Positions 24,659 through 38,680 of a DNA stretch of 64,000 nucleotides are shown here, in pieces. Under the pieces are notes generated by a model. The model was given only the letters and a program-made list of their open reading frames with translations. It did not search any database and was not told the DNA's origin. The DNA is from Eledone cirrhosa. Taxonomy: Eukaryota. The position numbers and the translations under genes were made by a program. The DNA is taken from assembly GCA_964016885.1 (NCBI GenBank), contig OZ024758.1, positions 15,810,001-15,874,000 of the forward strand, given 5' to 3'. Position 1 is the first letter of the stretch, and each line of letters starts with the position of its first letter.

Positions 24659-24939
24659 ATGGATTCCGAAAACAAACCCGAGCTCATTGTAAATAGACCT
24701 AAACTGACTGAAGATGATGAAGAACTTCTTAAGATGCAGGAGATGTTTCTTTCATCTAAATTTAAACCAGCAGCTACAGTGGTTAAGAATCCTATGTCGC
24801 ACCAGTCTGATACTCAAAATAAACAGTCGTCTTGTAAAAGAGACGTCGTTGATATGCAACAACCATTTACATCAGATTTAACAGAGGCGTCAGTTTCATC
24901 AAAGAAAAAATCTAAGTTTCAAGAACTGAAGAAAACCAG
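24659..24939 (+). CDS. RPAP1: RNA polymerase II-associated protein 1, coding exon 1
   Basis: ATG 24659, MDSENKPELIVNRPKLTEDDEELLKMQEMFL (RPAP1-like N-terminus); donor AG|GTATGT, phase 2, joins in frame to 26745. Confidence 0.85.
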
Positions 24940-26744
24940 GTATGTTAACTCACAACACAATCACTAATAATTAGTTTAATGTTTTGTTTTTTAATTGAAA
25001 GAGGCTATGTAGCCGTAAGAGTGTCAGAAACCATGAGTTGCGGCCCGAATTAAGACAATTTGAAATCTTTTCCATCATAAATTGTTAAAAAAAACAAGTT
25101 AAAATCATTTAGTCGTCCATTCGTAACGTACGTTACACTTTAGTTACATACAGACAACAGAAGGAAGGGGCTGGTGAAACGCTATCGCGATGTGTATTGC
25201 GTCCCATTAGGGTTTACTGGCTACATAGCCTATTCGTTTTTAATTTTAGTACTGAACATGTAAAGTTCAGAGAGGGTTATTCGTTATATATATAAACAAC
25301 GAAACGTACTTAATTTCTGTTGATGTGAAAAGGACGGAATGTGTTTATTTTCTCTATCTACATTGCCACAAGAATATAGACATAATGATTTTCTGGTTGT
25401 AATGTTGTACTTACCATTAAATGTAAACAAAACTCTTTCATTCCAAAAAGAAAAAAAATAACTTCCATTACATTTAACTACGATTGTCACTTGTAGCAGC
25501 ATATATTACCTGCACGTGCGATCAACCACTGGAACAACCTTAAACAAACATCAGTTGACGCAGCCTCAGTCAAGGCTCGAGAAGGAGTGGACCAACCACA
25601 CGCTCGTGTTTAACTATCGCTTCTCGTATTGATACCCATCTGGGAGGCATCGATACCAAGTGATGCTCGACACTCAGAAGAGGATCATCTCTACCTTGGC
25701 ATGAGTCTAATTACCTTTACCGAGTACCACATGACCATACTTAAGCTATATATGTATGTTTGTATTAATTAACCAGTTATTTTAGTGGAGTCGTAGGGGC
25801 GCCATAACACCATACGGTGTTCCTTAAGCATTTAAAACCTGGTGGAGCCCATCTCTCTCAACACAGCCGATTTCTTTTAGAGAGAGAGAGTGAGTGTGTG
25901 TGTGTGATAAAGACGAAATGAGAAAGAAATATAAAGAAATTATCAACCCTAGTACTGGATTGGTATATTTTTTTTTATCAACTCTGAAAGGATGGGCAAA
26001 GTTGACCCCAGAGAGCCCGAACGATTACAGCAAAGACTTCTATCAACCCTAGAAAAGCCGTATACGGTGCATCTACGACTCCACAAGGAGTTATGTGATC
26101 TTTTATTCTATCAGACGTTGTACCGGGCCTGCCAATATGCTACCGAGCAACACACACACACATACATAAAGCACCAGCACTTATACAGTTCTATTTAAAA
26201 AACAAAAGTGAATATAGACATATGCATCCATGTTGTTTTGGGTTCACTCCCATTGTGCAACACCTTGAACAAGTGTCTTCCACTATATACATAGGTTGCC
26301 CAATATCTTCTGAGTGAAATTTGGTAGAAGGAAACTTCAGCAGCCTTCATGTTTGTGTGTTCTGTAATATGTTTTGATAAAAAGGGATCAATGAAATAAG
26401 TACCAGTCTTTAAAAAAAAGTACTGGGGCTGATGTGATCAAGTCAGTGCCTCAGCATGGCCACAGTCTAATGAATGAAGCCAGATATTAGAAAATAAGTA
26501 CTGGGGTTGATATGATTAACTAAATCCCCTTAAGGGAGTGCCCCAGCATGGCCACTGTCTGACTGAAACCAGCAAAAGAATAACTGCTTTTTTCAAAGGT
26601 GCTAAGACAAATTGATTAGTAGCATCACTAAGTAATAAAAAATGAAGGTGTGTGGTTTAGTGGTTAGAGTGTTGGGCTCATGGTTTTAGTTAAATGATAC
26701 AGTAAAATTACATTTATCTTGTATTTTTTTTATTTTTTTAATAG

Positions 26745-29700
26745 ATTTACTGAAGATACTAAACCAAATGTTGCTGGAGATACCAACCTGGATAAATCTA
26801 GTGTTGCTAGAGTACTAAGCAGTATCATAGAAAGAGATACTAGCCAGTATATTAGCAATGACGAACCATTTTCTGTTGAAGGATTTCCAAAAGCTCCAAG
26901 ACTTCAAATAGGAAAAAAATTTGATTCCACTTCAGCACCAGCCACAAAGAAAAAGAGTTTGTTTGCTCAACAGTTTGAACAACAACCATGTAGTGATTTT
27001 AATATCTCCAGTAAACCCATTCGTGGCTTAGCTTCTACTAAATGCAGTTTTGAAACTAGTGACACTCTTCATCCAAGTATTATTACTGGCTTTGGATTAA
27101 GTGCCAGCAATGCTGACAAAGAAGCTAAAGCAATTCATTCAGAAAATTTGAATACGCTTTCTAATATGACCAAAGAAGAGATTTTAATGGAACAGAAAAA
27201 GCTTCTTTCCATGTTAGATCCAAATTTGATTAAATTCTTAAAAACTAAAAAATCTGAAAAATCCGATTCTGAAAATATTTTCACTGCCATGGATTGTAAA
27301 GGAGATTCCGAGAAATCTAAATCCAAAATTGACCACAAATTAAGTGAAAACGAACTTCCTGTGAAACCCGACAGCAATCTTGTACATATGGACAGTGTTG
27401 AATATGAAAAATTAGCTTGGATGAAGGATTTACCTCCTGTTAAAGCTCATAATAAGAAAGGGAAGCCAGCCAGGTTTGACTTTCAAGGTTTTATTGTACC
27501 TGAAGATGCTGATATACCTGTTGATTTAGGTCTTCATCATCATGGAGAAGAAGCAGAACGTGCTGGCTACACACTCGACGAGCTCTTTCATCTTTCTCGT
27601 AGTCTTAACTCACAGCAACGGACATTTGCTTTAAAAACATTGGGCTGTATTATTTCTAATGCAAAAAGTGGAATGTTTGAGGAAACTATTGAAGGTGACA
27701 TTATTCCTTCTATTATTAATGCTGGAATAGTGTTTCTTCTGAGGTGGGCTCTCGATGATAAAATCACCAGTGTCCTCATATCTGCAATCTATTGTCTCCA
27801 TGCTCTTTTGACAAATATTGCTGATGAAAAGAGCTTGCAGTTTACATTTTGTTGGTATCGAGGACGAGAAGTAGCTGCTCACCAAATTGTTGAAGATAAT
27901 TCTTATGCAGACAATGAAAAATTAGATTTCCTTGAAACTGTAGAAGTAACTGATGCTGATGAAGTACAAAAAGATGTTCTGACGGCTCTTGTAAATCGCA
28001 TGAATTTAACTCCTCGTTTGCGTTTTTTGCTTGAAGTTTGGGAACTTTCTCCAGAATCTATCAAGTGTATTCTTGAAATTTTATCTAGGATATCTCATCA
28101 CTCAAAGCAAGATGCATATAATGTCTATAGATGTCCAAGACTAATGGAATTTCTTTTTAAAGAACATTTACCCACAATTTTGTCTACTGATGATAAGGCT
28201 GGTTTCTCATGTGATATCTTCACAGTTATTAGTGCATTAAAACTAATAAAGGTTCTGTGTCAGGCTGGGAGAAGCATGGCAACTGATTTTGTAAATAATT
28301 ATAAACTTATGGAGAAATTACTGTTGTATATTGCTCCTCAACCTTGTGAAATGAATCTTCCAGAAAATGTTGCTTATGACTTACAAACTGTGTGTTATAA
28401 TATATGGCAAATATGTCTTTCTTATGGCCTCACTGGAGATTATTATTCTGAGCTGTATCCACAACTAATAAACAATGTTCATACTATTTTAGCACAGCAT
28501 CAAAAGATAAATTCTACATTTTTGCGAGAATCTGCAATTTTGGGTATTTTAGAATCTGCTGTGCAACTAGCTGGGGCTCATTCTCGATATCACCAAAAAT
28601 TAGCTATGTGTAAAAGACAGAAAGATTCACAAGAGTCTTCTAAAATGGAAAGTTCAATAGTTCCTAGTCTTCACTGGACTCAGGTGTTGGGCTTGATTGA
28701 TATATTGGAAACCTTGCTACAATCTTTATTGAAAAATATTTCTGAAAATTATCAATTCAAGAAATTCTCTCTCAACTTAGCAACTTCTGTCATCAATTTT
28801 GTGGCATCTTTTTATGAATTATGTCCTCAACAACCTGACTATAATGTCGCTAATGTTCTCAGTCACTTGGAACAGCTCTGCAGTTCTGTAATTTTCCCAC
28901 TTTGGTCGGCTTTAGGTTTTCGGAGTATCATCGCATCCCTTGCTTCCCATTCTAACATATTAAACCTTAAGACATTGTTGAAAACAAAACAGCCCCAAAA
29001 TTTGCTTGACTTGGGATGCAGAAATCTTCTAGATGATTCCAAAACATTACCAATACTTGCTACTGTAACCCCTTTTGGTTTTATTACAGCTTTATTTCGT
29101 CTTATCAGTGTCATTGACTCTCTTCATAAAGGTTTGGCTGTTAAATTTACTAGTTTAATTGTCAATGATCCTGATATAAGAAGTTATGTTACAGCTGTTG
29201 TTAAAATACATCCTACTGCCACCACATTCCAGCACAATTATTTTACCAGATTTGAAAACCATTGCCAATATTTTTTATTAAAGATAATTTCAGTGTCACC
29301 CATTAGTGAAGGTGACACACCATATTATTTACTATGTCACCAACTTTCTCTACTCTTACTCACCAGGTTACACGAGGGGGATGAACACTTTGCACACGAT
29401 CTCTTATCGTTAATTATATTTAATAGAAACTTTATAACATTAGATTCTGATGTGGATTCTTCTCTTCACCAGTTGTCATGTTTAAGTATATCTGATGGTA
29501 GTGGAATGATTTGTTCCAGCAGCCAGTCAACTGAAGACATCAAATACAAACTTCTACAGCACAGTATTTCATCTTTAAGGGACATCCGTGCTAGTTACTT
29601 ATCCTCTTTCTCTAGCAAAGAATCTGCTGTATTGAATTCAAGAGCTCAATGTTTTTCACACGTGGAAGACATTCACAGTTTTCTTATAGGTAAACTAGGA

Positions 29701-30567
29701 GAAACCTTGTTCCCCCGTGACTGGATGTTTATACCCCTTGTTGATCAGTATAGTATTTCTAATTCTTTGCCAGAAAATGACCGCAAACAATGCAATCCAC
29801 AACAAATTAATAAAATCACTCATGCCTTAAAATTTATATACCTGCTTGAAATACAACGATCCTCTATCATGGACATTTTATCAGTTTCCCTAAAAATATC
29901 GAGACTTATGTGCGTCTTTCTCGCAGATAACAGCATTTTCCTTGAGCCTTCAGTCCGCTCCTACTTGGCTGCTCTGATGAGGATTTACAGTAAAGAGAAT
30001 ATTTTGGATGCCATGAATTTTGATGAGCCAATCCCCGGATTATATTCATTCTATGACTTTTTCATTGAATTTCTTAAGCAATACATTGCTGTATCGTTTG
30101 GTGACTTCGTTTTTGGTAGCTACCTACTCCTCCCATTACAACAAAAGCACGATATTTTGTTGCGTAAAGCCATTTGGGAAGAGAACAGCATTGTACTGCG
30201 CACACTGAGGGTTTCAATACAAGACCATCTTATACCTATTGAACGATACCTGACCCCTGAAGAAACCAATCCAGAACTTTTAAAACTGTTAATCTTGTCT
30301 CTATTACAAGAGTCAGTATCAGAGAAATGGTCTCCTGTGTTATATCTGATTGCCATAAATCATTGTAACAGGTTCATGTTTCGGCAGGATGGATATGAAG
30401 AGAGTCTCAGGCAGTTTATGTTTACTAGTGTTCTCAAATGTAGCAACAGTCAACTGAAGGAACATATACTACAGTATAAAATGTATAATCCAACTTCAAA
30501 TCATTGTTTTGAACTTTATCAAAATCTGCCAAATAATCGTAAGTCTCTCTTAGAAAAATACTGTTGA
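26745..30567 (+). CDS. RPAP1: RNA polymerase II-associated protein 1, 3.8-kb coding exon 2
   Basis: T-rich tract plus ATAG acceptor. Contains the RPAP1_N-like motif IHSENLNTLSNMTKEEILMEQKKLLSMLDPNLIKFL and the RPAP1_C-like motif RFDFQG...GLHHHGEEAERAGYTLDELFHLSRS...QQR; C-terminal FPRDWMF and SFGD motifs. Total about 1367 aa. Confidence 0.95.
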
Positions 30568-30833
30568 GTTGCGGTTTTGTTCCTGGTTCCAGGTCAACTC
30601 TTATCTTGATGTATCCCAGAACAACCCATCCAATCCACAACAACATGGAAAATGGATATAAAATGATGATGACAATGTATATAGTGTTTGAATGAATCGT
30701 TCATGAACATAACATATTTATTTTGAAAGTTTTAATGCATATAGTAATAATTCATTGAGCAGGATTTTGTTATATTTAAGAATTTCTAAACTGAAAGATT
30801 TTATGTAAATTCAGAAAATATTTTGTACGGAAA

Positions 30834-30867
30834 AATAAACATGAAAATATTTTATTATGAAAATAAA
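30834..30867 (+). promoter_or_regulatory. Candidate RPAP1 polyadenylation signals
   Basis: Two AATAAA hexamers about 270-300 nt after the stop, followed by GT/T-rich sequence. Confidence 0.45.
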
Positions 30868-31994
30868 CCCAAATGTTTGTTATTCTTTTGAAAAGTAACA
30901 CATGTATCATTTAACCCTTTTGAAAATAAATTTCCCCTGCTTCTCTTATACAAAACTATTTATTTTAACCCTTTAGCATTTAAACCGGCCGTAACCAGCC
31001 ACTCATACTAACATTAAGGTATTGTTCTCAAAATATATATCAAAATATCATAGATTTGATACTGTGAAAATACAATAGGGATAAAGTGTTTATATTTATC
31101 TAAAAATCATCTTCCATCATAAATTTATGTAAGAACCCTTGTTTTGGTCTAAACACCAACTTAATGAGAAAATTAGGAGCATTACTGAATCCCAATAAAT
31201 ACTTCATAATTTTCAAAATTATATGAAAATCATAGGCAGTGTTTTTCATTAAGAATATGGTAACAAAATAGAGTTACGGCCCTTTATGATCTGAGTTCAA
31301 ATCCCACCGAGGTTAACTTTGCCTTTCATCCTTACGGGGTCGATAAAATAAAGTACCAGTAATACACTGGGATAATTGCTGGCCTTGTGCCAAAAGTAGA
31401 AACAATTATAATAAGAGCACTGTCTGTATGTCTGTCTGTCGTGTTCACTTTATATTACAGAGTGGGGGGAGTGCCAAACAAGAGATATGTACATAGGTAG
31501 AGAGAAGGGGATGCCATGTGTTTTCAGGGTGACAGAAAGAGGTAGAAAGTTATGACTTCACCCTTGTCTACATAGAAAAAGGGGGAGCACCAAGCATAAG
31601 AGATGTCATTTGTTTAAAGAGAGAGAAAGAGAGTGTGTGTGTGTGTAAGACAGAAAGAGGGAGAAGACGTCGCCTTCATCTAGATGTCTGTTTAATTCTT
31701 ATCTGATTCGACTCTTACTGTTAAACATGCTAAGTCATCAGAAGGCAGGCGATACCTGATGAAACGAAGTTGGAGATATGCCTATTTTATACTAATTATT
31801 CTTGGCAACAGGTGTACACACGTCCTTAGATCCATCTGAAACAGCTTAACAGGTCACTAATACTATCATCTTTAGTATATGTGAAAGTGTGTGGCCTAGT
31901 GGTTAGGTTATTCAACTTGTAATCCTAAGGTTGTGGGTTTCATTCCTAGACAGGGAGGCATATCATTCTTAGTGCGACAATAAAATGCACCAAG

Positions 31995-32130
31995 GTTTTC
32001 CTTGGTCTACTTCTACTGTGGCTTCCTTCCACTGGGATTTCCTGGCACTTCTTCACCCAGTGATCATCATCCATGCACAACACCTGCCAATACCAACTCA
32101 GTCTTCCCTCTTGCACACTACGTCTGTATC
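31995..32130 (-). mobile_element. RTE-clade LINE 3' fragment
   Basis: RLSWYWQVLCMDDDHWVKKCQEIPVEGSHSRSRPRKT. A related fragment with its 3' tail at about 32740-32930(-) reads VEGKPQKTWAELVRADL...DRDKLR. Confidence 0.75.
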
Positions 32131-33429
32131 TAATATAGAAAGGGTTTAGTAAATTATGTTGGTGCCTCAATAAAATGCACCAGTACACTATAAAGTGTTT
32201 GGAATAAGGATGGGGATCCAGCTTTAGAAACCCTGTCAAATAATTGTTTCTATTTTAGGCACAAGGCCAGCAATTACCCAGTACATTACTGGTACTTTAT
32301 TTTATCGACCCCGTAAGGATGAAAGGCAAAGTCAACCTCGGCGGGATTTGAACTCAGATCGTAAAGGGACGTAACTATGCTCGAAAGCATGGCGTCCGAC
32401 CCTCCACCGATACTGCCAATCCACCCTGTCAAATAATGAACCCTGATGTGTCTCAGAACAACCCATCCAACCCACGGCAGCATGAAAAATGGACATAAAA
32501 TGATGATGACAATGTATTTTGTCCCGACAAAAAGCACCCAGTCCATGCTGCAAATGGGGTTGGCATTAGGAAGGGCATCCTGCCATATAAACCAGCCCAG
32601 AAAAATTCTGTATGAGCAAGACACAGGTCATCTGATCTGGCTTGTCTCACAACGGGACAAACTTGTCTAACCCATGCTAGCATGGAAAAATGGATGTTAA
32701 ACAGTGATGAAGATGATGATGATGATATATATATACCACCATTATCATCATTTGACGTCTGCTTTTCCCTGCTTGCAAGGGTGGGACGGGTCCTATTCAG
32801 CACAGCATCTCTCAACTTGTCACGGTCCTTCGTCATCTTTTCCGAGAGCTTCAGCGATCTGAGGTCTGCTCTCACCAGCTCCGCCCATGTTTTTTGTGGT
32901 TTTCCTTCTACTGGCATTTCTTGGCACTTCTTTATATATATCTATATGGTTGATATTAGGAAGGGCATCCAGCTGTAAAATACCTGGCCAAATTTATAAT
33001 CCTCGTCAGACACACACACACGCACACTCATACACACACACACACATGATCACCATGGTTATTTAAATATTTACGAGGTCATCTCCCTTTTCTCCCACCC
33101 ACCCTCTTATATACATGTGTGTGCGCAGCAGTTGTCTCACCTCCCCCATCTCCACCATTAATCTGATCCTCTCTTCCTCACCCCCATTGGCTATCTATCA
33201 ACATTATAAAGGGTGTCCCCGCAAAAATGTATACACACTTTTCATAGAACACTGTTGAAGTGTGTATACATATTTTGGGGACACCCTGTATATATATATA
33301 TAGCCAGTTGTTCACTGTTTAGCAGCCAGAGACTTAGATGGGTGGCCATTAGTATATATGAAATATTCATTGTCACAGTTATAAAATGTTAAGTTATGAG
33401 CATTCAATTAATTTGTCTTCCTCTTAAAT

Positions 33430-33990
33430 TTATCTTTCTGTGGTTTCACTCTCTCTCTCCCCTCTTTATCTTTCTGTGGTTTCACTCTCTCTCTCTCTCA
33501 TCTCTCCCTCCCTCATTCTCCCCCTCTTTGTCTTTCTGTGGTTTCACTCTCTCTCTCTCTCATCTCTCCCTCCCTCATTCTCCCCCTCTCTATCTTTCAA
33601 CGGTTTCACTCTCTTATTTTCTCCCCCTCCTCCATTCTCCTCCTCTCTATCTTTCAACGGTTTCACTCTCTCTTCTCTCCCTCCTTCATTCTCCCCCTCT
33701 CTATCTTTCAACGGTTTCACTCTCTCTTCTCTCCCTCCCTCATTCTCCCCCTCTCTATCTTTCAACGGTTTCACTCTCTCTTCTCTCCCCCTTCTCTCTC
33801 CCTTTCTATCTTTCAACGGTTTCACTCTCTCTTCTCTCCCTCCTTCATTCTCCCCCTCTCTATATTTCAACGGTTTCACTCTCTCTTCTCTCGCTCTTTC
33901 TCTCTATCTCTTTCTCTCACTCTTTCTCCCTTTCACTCCCTCCCTCTCTATCTTTCAGTGGTTTCACTCTCCCTCCATCTTTATCGCTTT
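33430..33990. repeat. CT-rich minisatellite of about 55-60 bp
   Basis: Recurring TCTATCTTTCAACGGTTTCACTCTCT. Confidence 0.85.
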
Positions 33991-35879
33991 CTCTCCCTCC
34001 CTTTATCTTTTTGCCTTTTTCTCTCTCACTCTCTTCCTCCCTCTCTCCTTCCTTCTTTCTCTCAGCTTGTGCCAGTGTTACAAATCAATATACTAGTTGT
34101 TGAAAAGGTAGAGCACCAAATAAAATGGCTAGTGTGACATCTATTTACATTTTAAATTTAAAACAAGCCAAACCAATAGTTCCTTTCATTCTGCCAACCA
34201 ACGGGGCTGATAGAATAAAGTACCATTAACCCTTTAGCATTTAAACTAGCCATATCTGGCCAGAATTCTCTCACTTATTTCTGTTCAAACTGGCCACAAC
34301 TGGCTGCTCATACTGATGTTAAGGTATTGTTCTCAAAATAAATAATATCAAAATCTCATAAATTCAATATTATGTGAAATAAAGTGTTTACCATGAACAT
34401 ACTAAGTGAGAGGGAAGTTGTAATAAAAAAAGACCTATCCAACCCATGCTAGCACAAAAGATGATGATGATGATGATGATGATGATGATCCAATCCAATC
34501 CAATCCAAGGCATTCTCACTCCTGTTGCAGGTCAACCCTCTCTGGTTGACCTCCACCTCTTTCTGTTTCGTTATGTTCATGTCTTCAGGGGTGTAGCTGT
34601 ACTCCCCATGCTTGGCCAATTGTGGGTAGGTGAGGTAATTTAACCCATAGTGGGGTTAAAATAATTGTTTCTACTTTTGGCACAAGGCCAGCAATTACCC
34701 CAGTGCATTACTGGTACTTTATTTTATCGACCCCGAAGGGATGAAAGGCAAAGTTAACCTCGGTGGGATTTGAACTCAGACCGCAAAGGGCCATAACTCT
34801 GTGCTGCAAAACATGGCGTCCGACCCACTACCGATACTGGCAATCCATCACGCTAGTTGGGTTAAAATATTTGTTTCTACTATAGGCACAAGGCCAGCAA
34901 TTTGAAGGGCAGGAGAAAGTTGATTAAATTGACCCCAGTACATTACTGGTGCTTTATTTTATCAACCCTGTAAGGATGAAAGACAAAGCTAACCTCAACA
35001 GGATTTGAACTCAGAACATAATGGGCCATAACTCTATGCTTCAAAGCATGGCATCCTCCAACCCTCTACCGATACTGCCAATCCACCACCCTAGTCGGGT
35101 TACAATAATAACTAGTACTAAACTAGTACTACAATGTTACTGTTTTAGTCAGTTATATTCCTCTTCTGTTATAAAACATGGCCTTGTGCCCAATGAAGTA
35201 ATGTTTCTGGTGGTAAATTGGCAACAGTCGTTGAATGTCAGATTAAAGACCTGTCTTACATTATTTCTTTCTGTCTTGACTCTTGACAGGAGATTCAAAC
35301 TTTTAACATTTAAACCAGCCGTTAAACAGCCAGAATTCTCTCACCTCTTCCTGTTCAAACCGGCCATAACCAGCGGCTTGTAATTATGTTAAGGTATTGT
35401 TCTCAAAATATATAATATCAAAATCTCATAGATTCGATATTATGTGAAATAATTATGAGATAAAGTGTTTACCGTGAAAATAAAATAGTAAATATAGAGT
35501 AATGTAAATCCTAAAGGGCTAAACATGAAATTTGAACTCAGATTTCACAGGACCAAAACAGGTACTGCATAGCAACCCATCTAGTTTGTTAACAATTCCA
35601 TCCATGGACAGGTACTTTGATTATTGAGTCTAAAAAAGGATGAAAAGCAAAGTTGACCACAGTGAGATTTGAACTCACAGTGCAAAGAGCCAAAACAAAT
35701 ACTCAGGTATTTATTTAATCTGCTACTATAACAACTGTACCAATTTGCCACCTATAAAAGGAGTTGATTGTGAGATCGGACCAAGGAAACAATGTTTCCA
35801 TTGGTCTTTCTATTGCTGATACTATCTGCTGGTTGTAACACTGGAAAAAGGAGCAATGCTCAAGAACACATTGAGCAGC

Positions 35880-36212
35880 CTGATCCAGGGATCAAACCCA
35901 CAAATTTATGATCAAGAGTCTAGCATCCTAACTCTAGGCCATGTGCCTTTCACATCTAATCCAACAATCAGTGATCAAACCCACAAATTTATGATCCCAA
36001 GTTCAGTATCCTAATCCTAGGCCATATGCCTTTCACATCTAATCCTCCAATCAGGGATCAAACCCAGAAATTTATGATCAGGAGCCCAGCATCCTAACCC
36101 TAAGCCACATGCTTTTTACATCTGATCCAACAGTTGGGGATCTAACCCACAAATTTATGATCCTGAGTCAAGCATCCTACTCTAGGCCACATGCTTTCAC
36201 ATGTAATCCAAC
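35880..36212. repeat. 83-bp tandem repeat x4, derived from a SINE tRNA head (minus strand)
   Basis: GATCAAACCCACAAATTTATGATC...CATCCTAAC.CTAGGCCA recurs with period 83. Confidence 0.8.
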
Positions 36213-36583
36213 AGTAATTAAATACACAACTAAAAGAGAAGCATGAATCAAATACTCTTCAATCAAAGTCATATGAAGAAGTGAATGATATACAATTTCA
36301 CAATAATCAGAGATTATTTTCATTTCAGTTAACTAACATATTCACCATGGCAATGGTGATATATTGACAGTGAATCTAATTTTATAGGATTTCATAGTTT
36401 TTGCTTTTTCTTTTGTCTATTTAACTAGTTTCAGACATTAGCAGGGTCTATGAGAGGTGGTGGGATCCAGCCGGTACTTTGTCCCGGAGCCCAAGAGCTA
36501 AGTATATCCCACAGCAATCATGCAACATCTATTTTGAGAAAAATCTTTGCCTGCTTCGAGCCCCAAAAAGAGTCTTGTACCGC

Positions 36584-36615
<32 letters not shown>

Positions 36616-36854
36616 GTAATGACCCCCATTAATTTCTTTTTTAAAATCTGGTACTTATTTTATCAATCTCTTTTTCTCAAACTGCAAAGTCACAAACAGA
36701 CACAAACATATATACCACACATGTAGACATACATACACACACGTCCAACTTTTGCTAGCATGGAAAATGGACATTAAATGATGATTTTTATCTATCTATC
36801 TATTTATACATTAAGAACAAAATAAGTTTTCACATTAAAGTCTTTATTGAATAT

Positions 36855-37082
36855 ATACGTATATTGGAAAATGTGTGAAATCCTTGGTACAGTAGGGTAT
36901 ATTTGTAAGAAGGAAAAGAATGACTTCACTTGTTGTTCTAAACAATTTGATATAATTTTATATTGATTTTACAATTTGTTTTTGTAGATCTAGTACTACA
37001 AAACCAAATTGTAAAGTCATAATATTATAAAATTATATCAAATTGTTTAGACCTACAAGTGAAGTCATTCTTTTCCTTTTTT
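36855..37082. mobile_element. Hairpin element with asymmetric tail
   Basis: About 80-bp imperfect inverted arms (36909-37079) with a unique extension on the left; TA-rich flanks. Confidence 0.45.
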
Positions 37083-37188
37083 CATATATATATATGTAAA
37101 GGCATGCCATAATTTAATTTGGTATCCCTGAAATATGTATAATGAAATAAATATGGTTTTATAAATATAGTTTCCATTTATTAATATC

Positions 37189-37245
<57 letters not shown>

Positions 37246-37423
37246 CATACATATATATAGACTATGGGATGTGCGAACCACATTATGATCGGTTGGCTGT
37301 GAAGCAGATAAATATATTCAAAGGGATTCTGCAGTTAACATGTACCAAATTTTGCTCACAAGGCATTGGTCAACCCTAAGCTATAGTAAAAGACATTTGC
37401 CCAAAGTGCCACACAGTTGGAAT

Positions 37424-37632
37424 GGCTGTGAAACCATATGGTTGTGAAGCAAAGTCTTTAACTACACAGCTCTGGCTGTAACTAGTTTGCTGTGAGAAAC
37501 CATATGGTTGTGAAGCAAAGTCTTTAACTACACAGCTCTGGCTGTAACTAGTTTGCTGTGAGAAACCATATGGTTGTGAAGCAAAGTCTTTAACCAAACA
37601 GCAATGGCTGTAAGCAGTTTTCTGTGAGAAAT
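37424..37632. repeat. 66-bp tandem repeat x3
   Basis: CATATGGTTGTGAAGCAAAGTCTTTAAC recurs with period 66. Confidence 0.85.
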
Positions 37633-37914
37633 AAAATTAAATTTATTTGCATGGTATTGGTTGATGTAAGAAGATATGAAATGTCTTCCCTCATTCCTGA
37701 GTGTCTGTAGCTGTATTATGGTTATATGAACAAGTTGGGTAATTAATCCCCAAAAAGCCATATATCTATTTTTAAAAATAACTATTGAATTGCAGAATGT
37801 CTATAGATCATTATATCGAATTGCAAACATTCTATTTTGATAGAAAATAAAAATATAAAAACATAAGTTGATATGTGATATAATTGAAATGAGAAGTACA
37901 TAGGACAGTTATAA

Positions 37915-38390
37915 AAGAAGCACCATTGATGTGAGATAAGTACCACAGATGTAAGCTAAGTACCAAAAATGTGAGAGAAGTACCACAAATGTGAGAGAAG
38001 TACCACAAATGTGAGAGAAGTACCACAAATGTGAGAGAAGTACTACACTTGTGAGAGAAGTACCACAGATGTGAGAAAAGTACCACAGTTGTGAGAGAAG
38101 TACAACAATTGTAAAAGAAGTACCACAGTTGTGAGAGAAGTACAACAATTGTAAAAGAAGTACCACAGTTGTGAGCGAAGTACCACAGATGTGAGCGAAG
38201 TACCACGGATGTGAGAGAAGTATCAGATTTGTGATAGGAGTATCAATTGTAATAAGAGTGTCACAGATGTAAAAGTAGTACCGCAGATGTGAGAGACGTA
38301 CCATATTTGAAGTACCATAATTGTTAATTGTAAATGGAGTACCACAGATGTGAAAGAAGTACCACAACTGGAAGAGAAGTACCAGCACTT
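37915..38390. repeat. 20-bp minisatellite
   Basis: Unit GTGAGAGAAGTACCACAAAT. Confidence 0.9.
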
Positions 38391-38680
38391 TGATGAGCGA
38401 TTAGAAAACATGCCGAAACAAGAAGAAGAAGAAGAAACTGAAACTGTATATGGATGGACAAAAATTCACAAAAGTGGAAGAGACAGAAGGATTTCTAATT
38501 GTTTTACAAAACCTCCCTACCAGAAACTAACAACATTTTAGAACGAAGCCAAAAAGAAAGGTGACACGTTAAAAAAATGTATATATATATATATATATAT
38601 AGTTATGTAATAAACAACATAAGATAATTAATTCATTTACCAATGGTTTCTTGACGACAGACGAGCTTTTCACGTAAAGA

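Noticed and set aside
27135-30356. Short antisense ORFs within RPAP1
   Set aside because: Shadow ORFs of the sense coding exon with no recognisable motifs.
31665-31790. Two CTGATGA boxes (minus at 31735, plus at 31756)
   Set aside because: GAAA is replaced (GAAT, GGAG) and there is no valid cleavage triplet; at best a heavily decayed motif.
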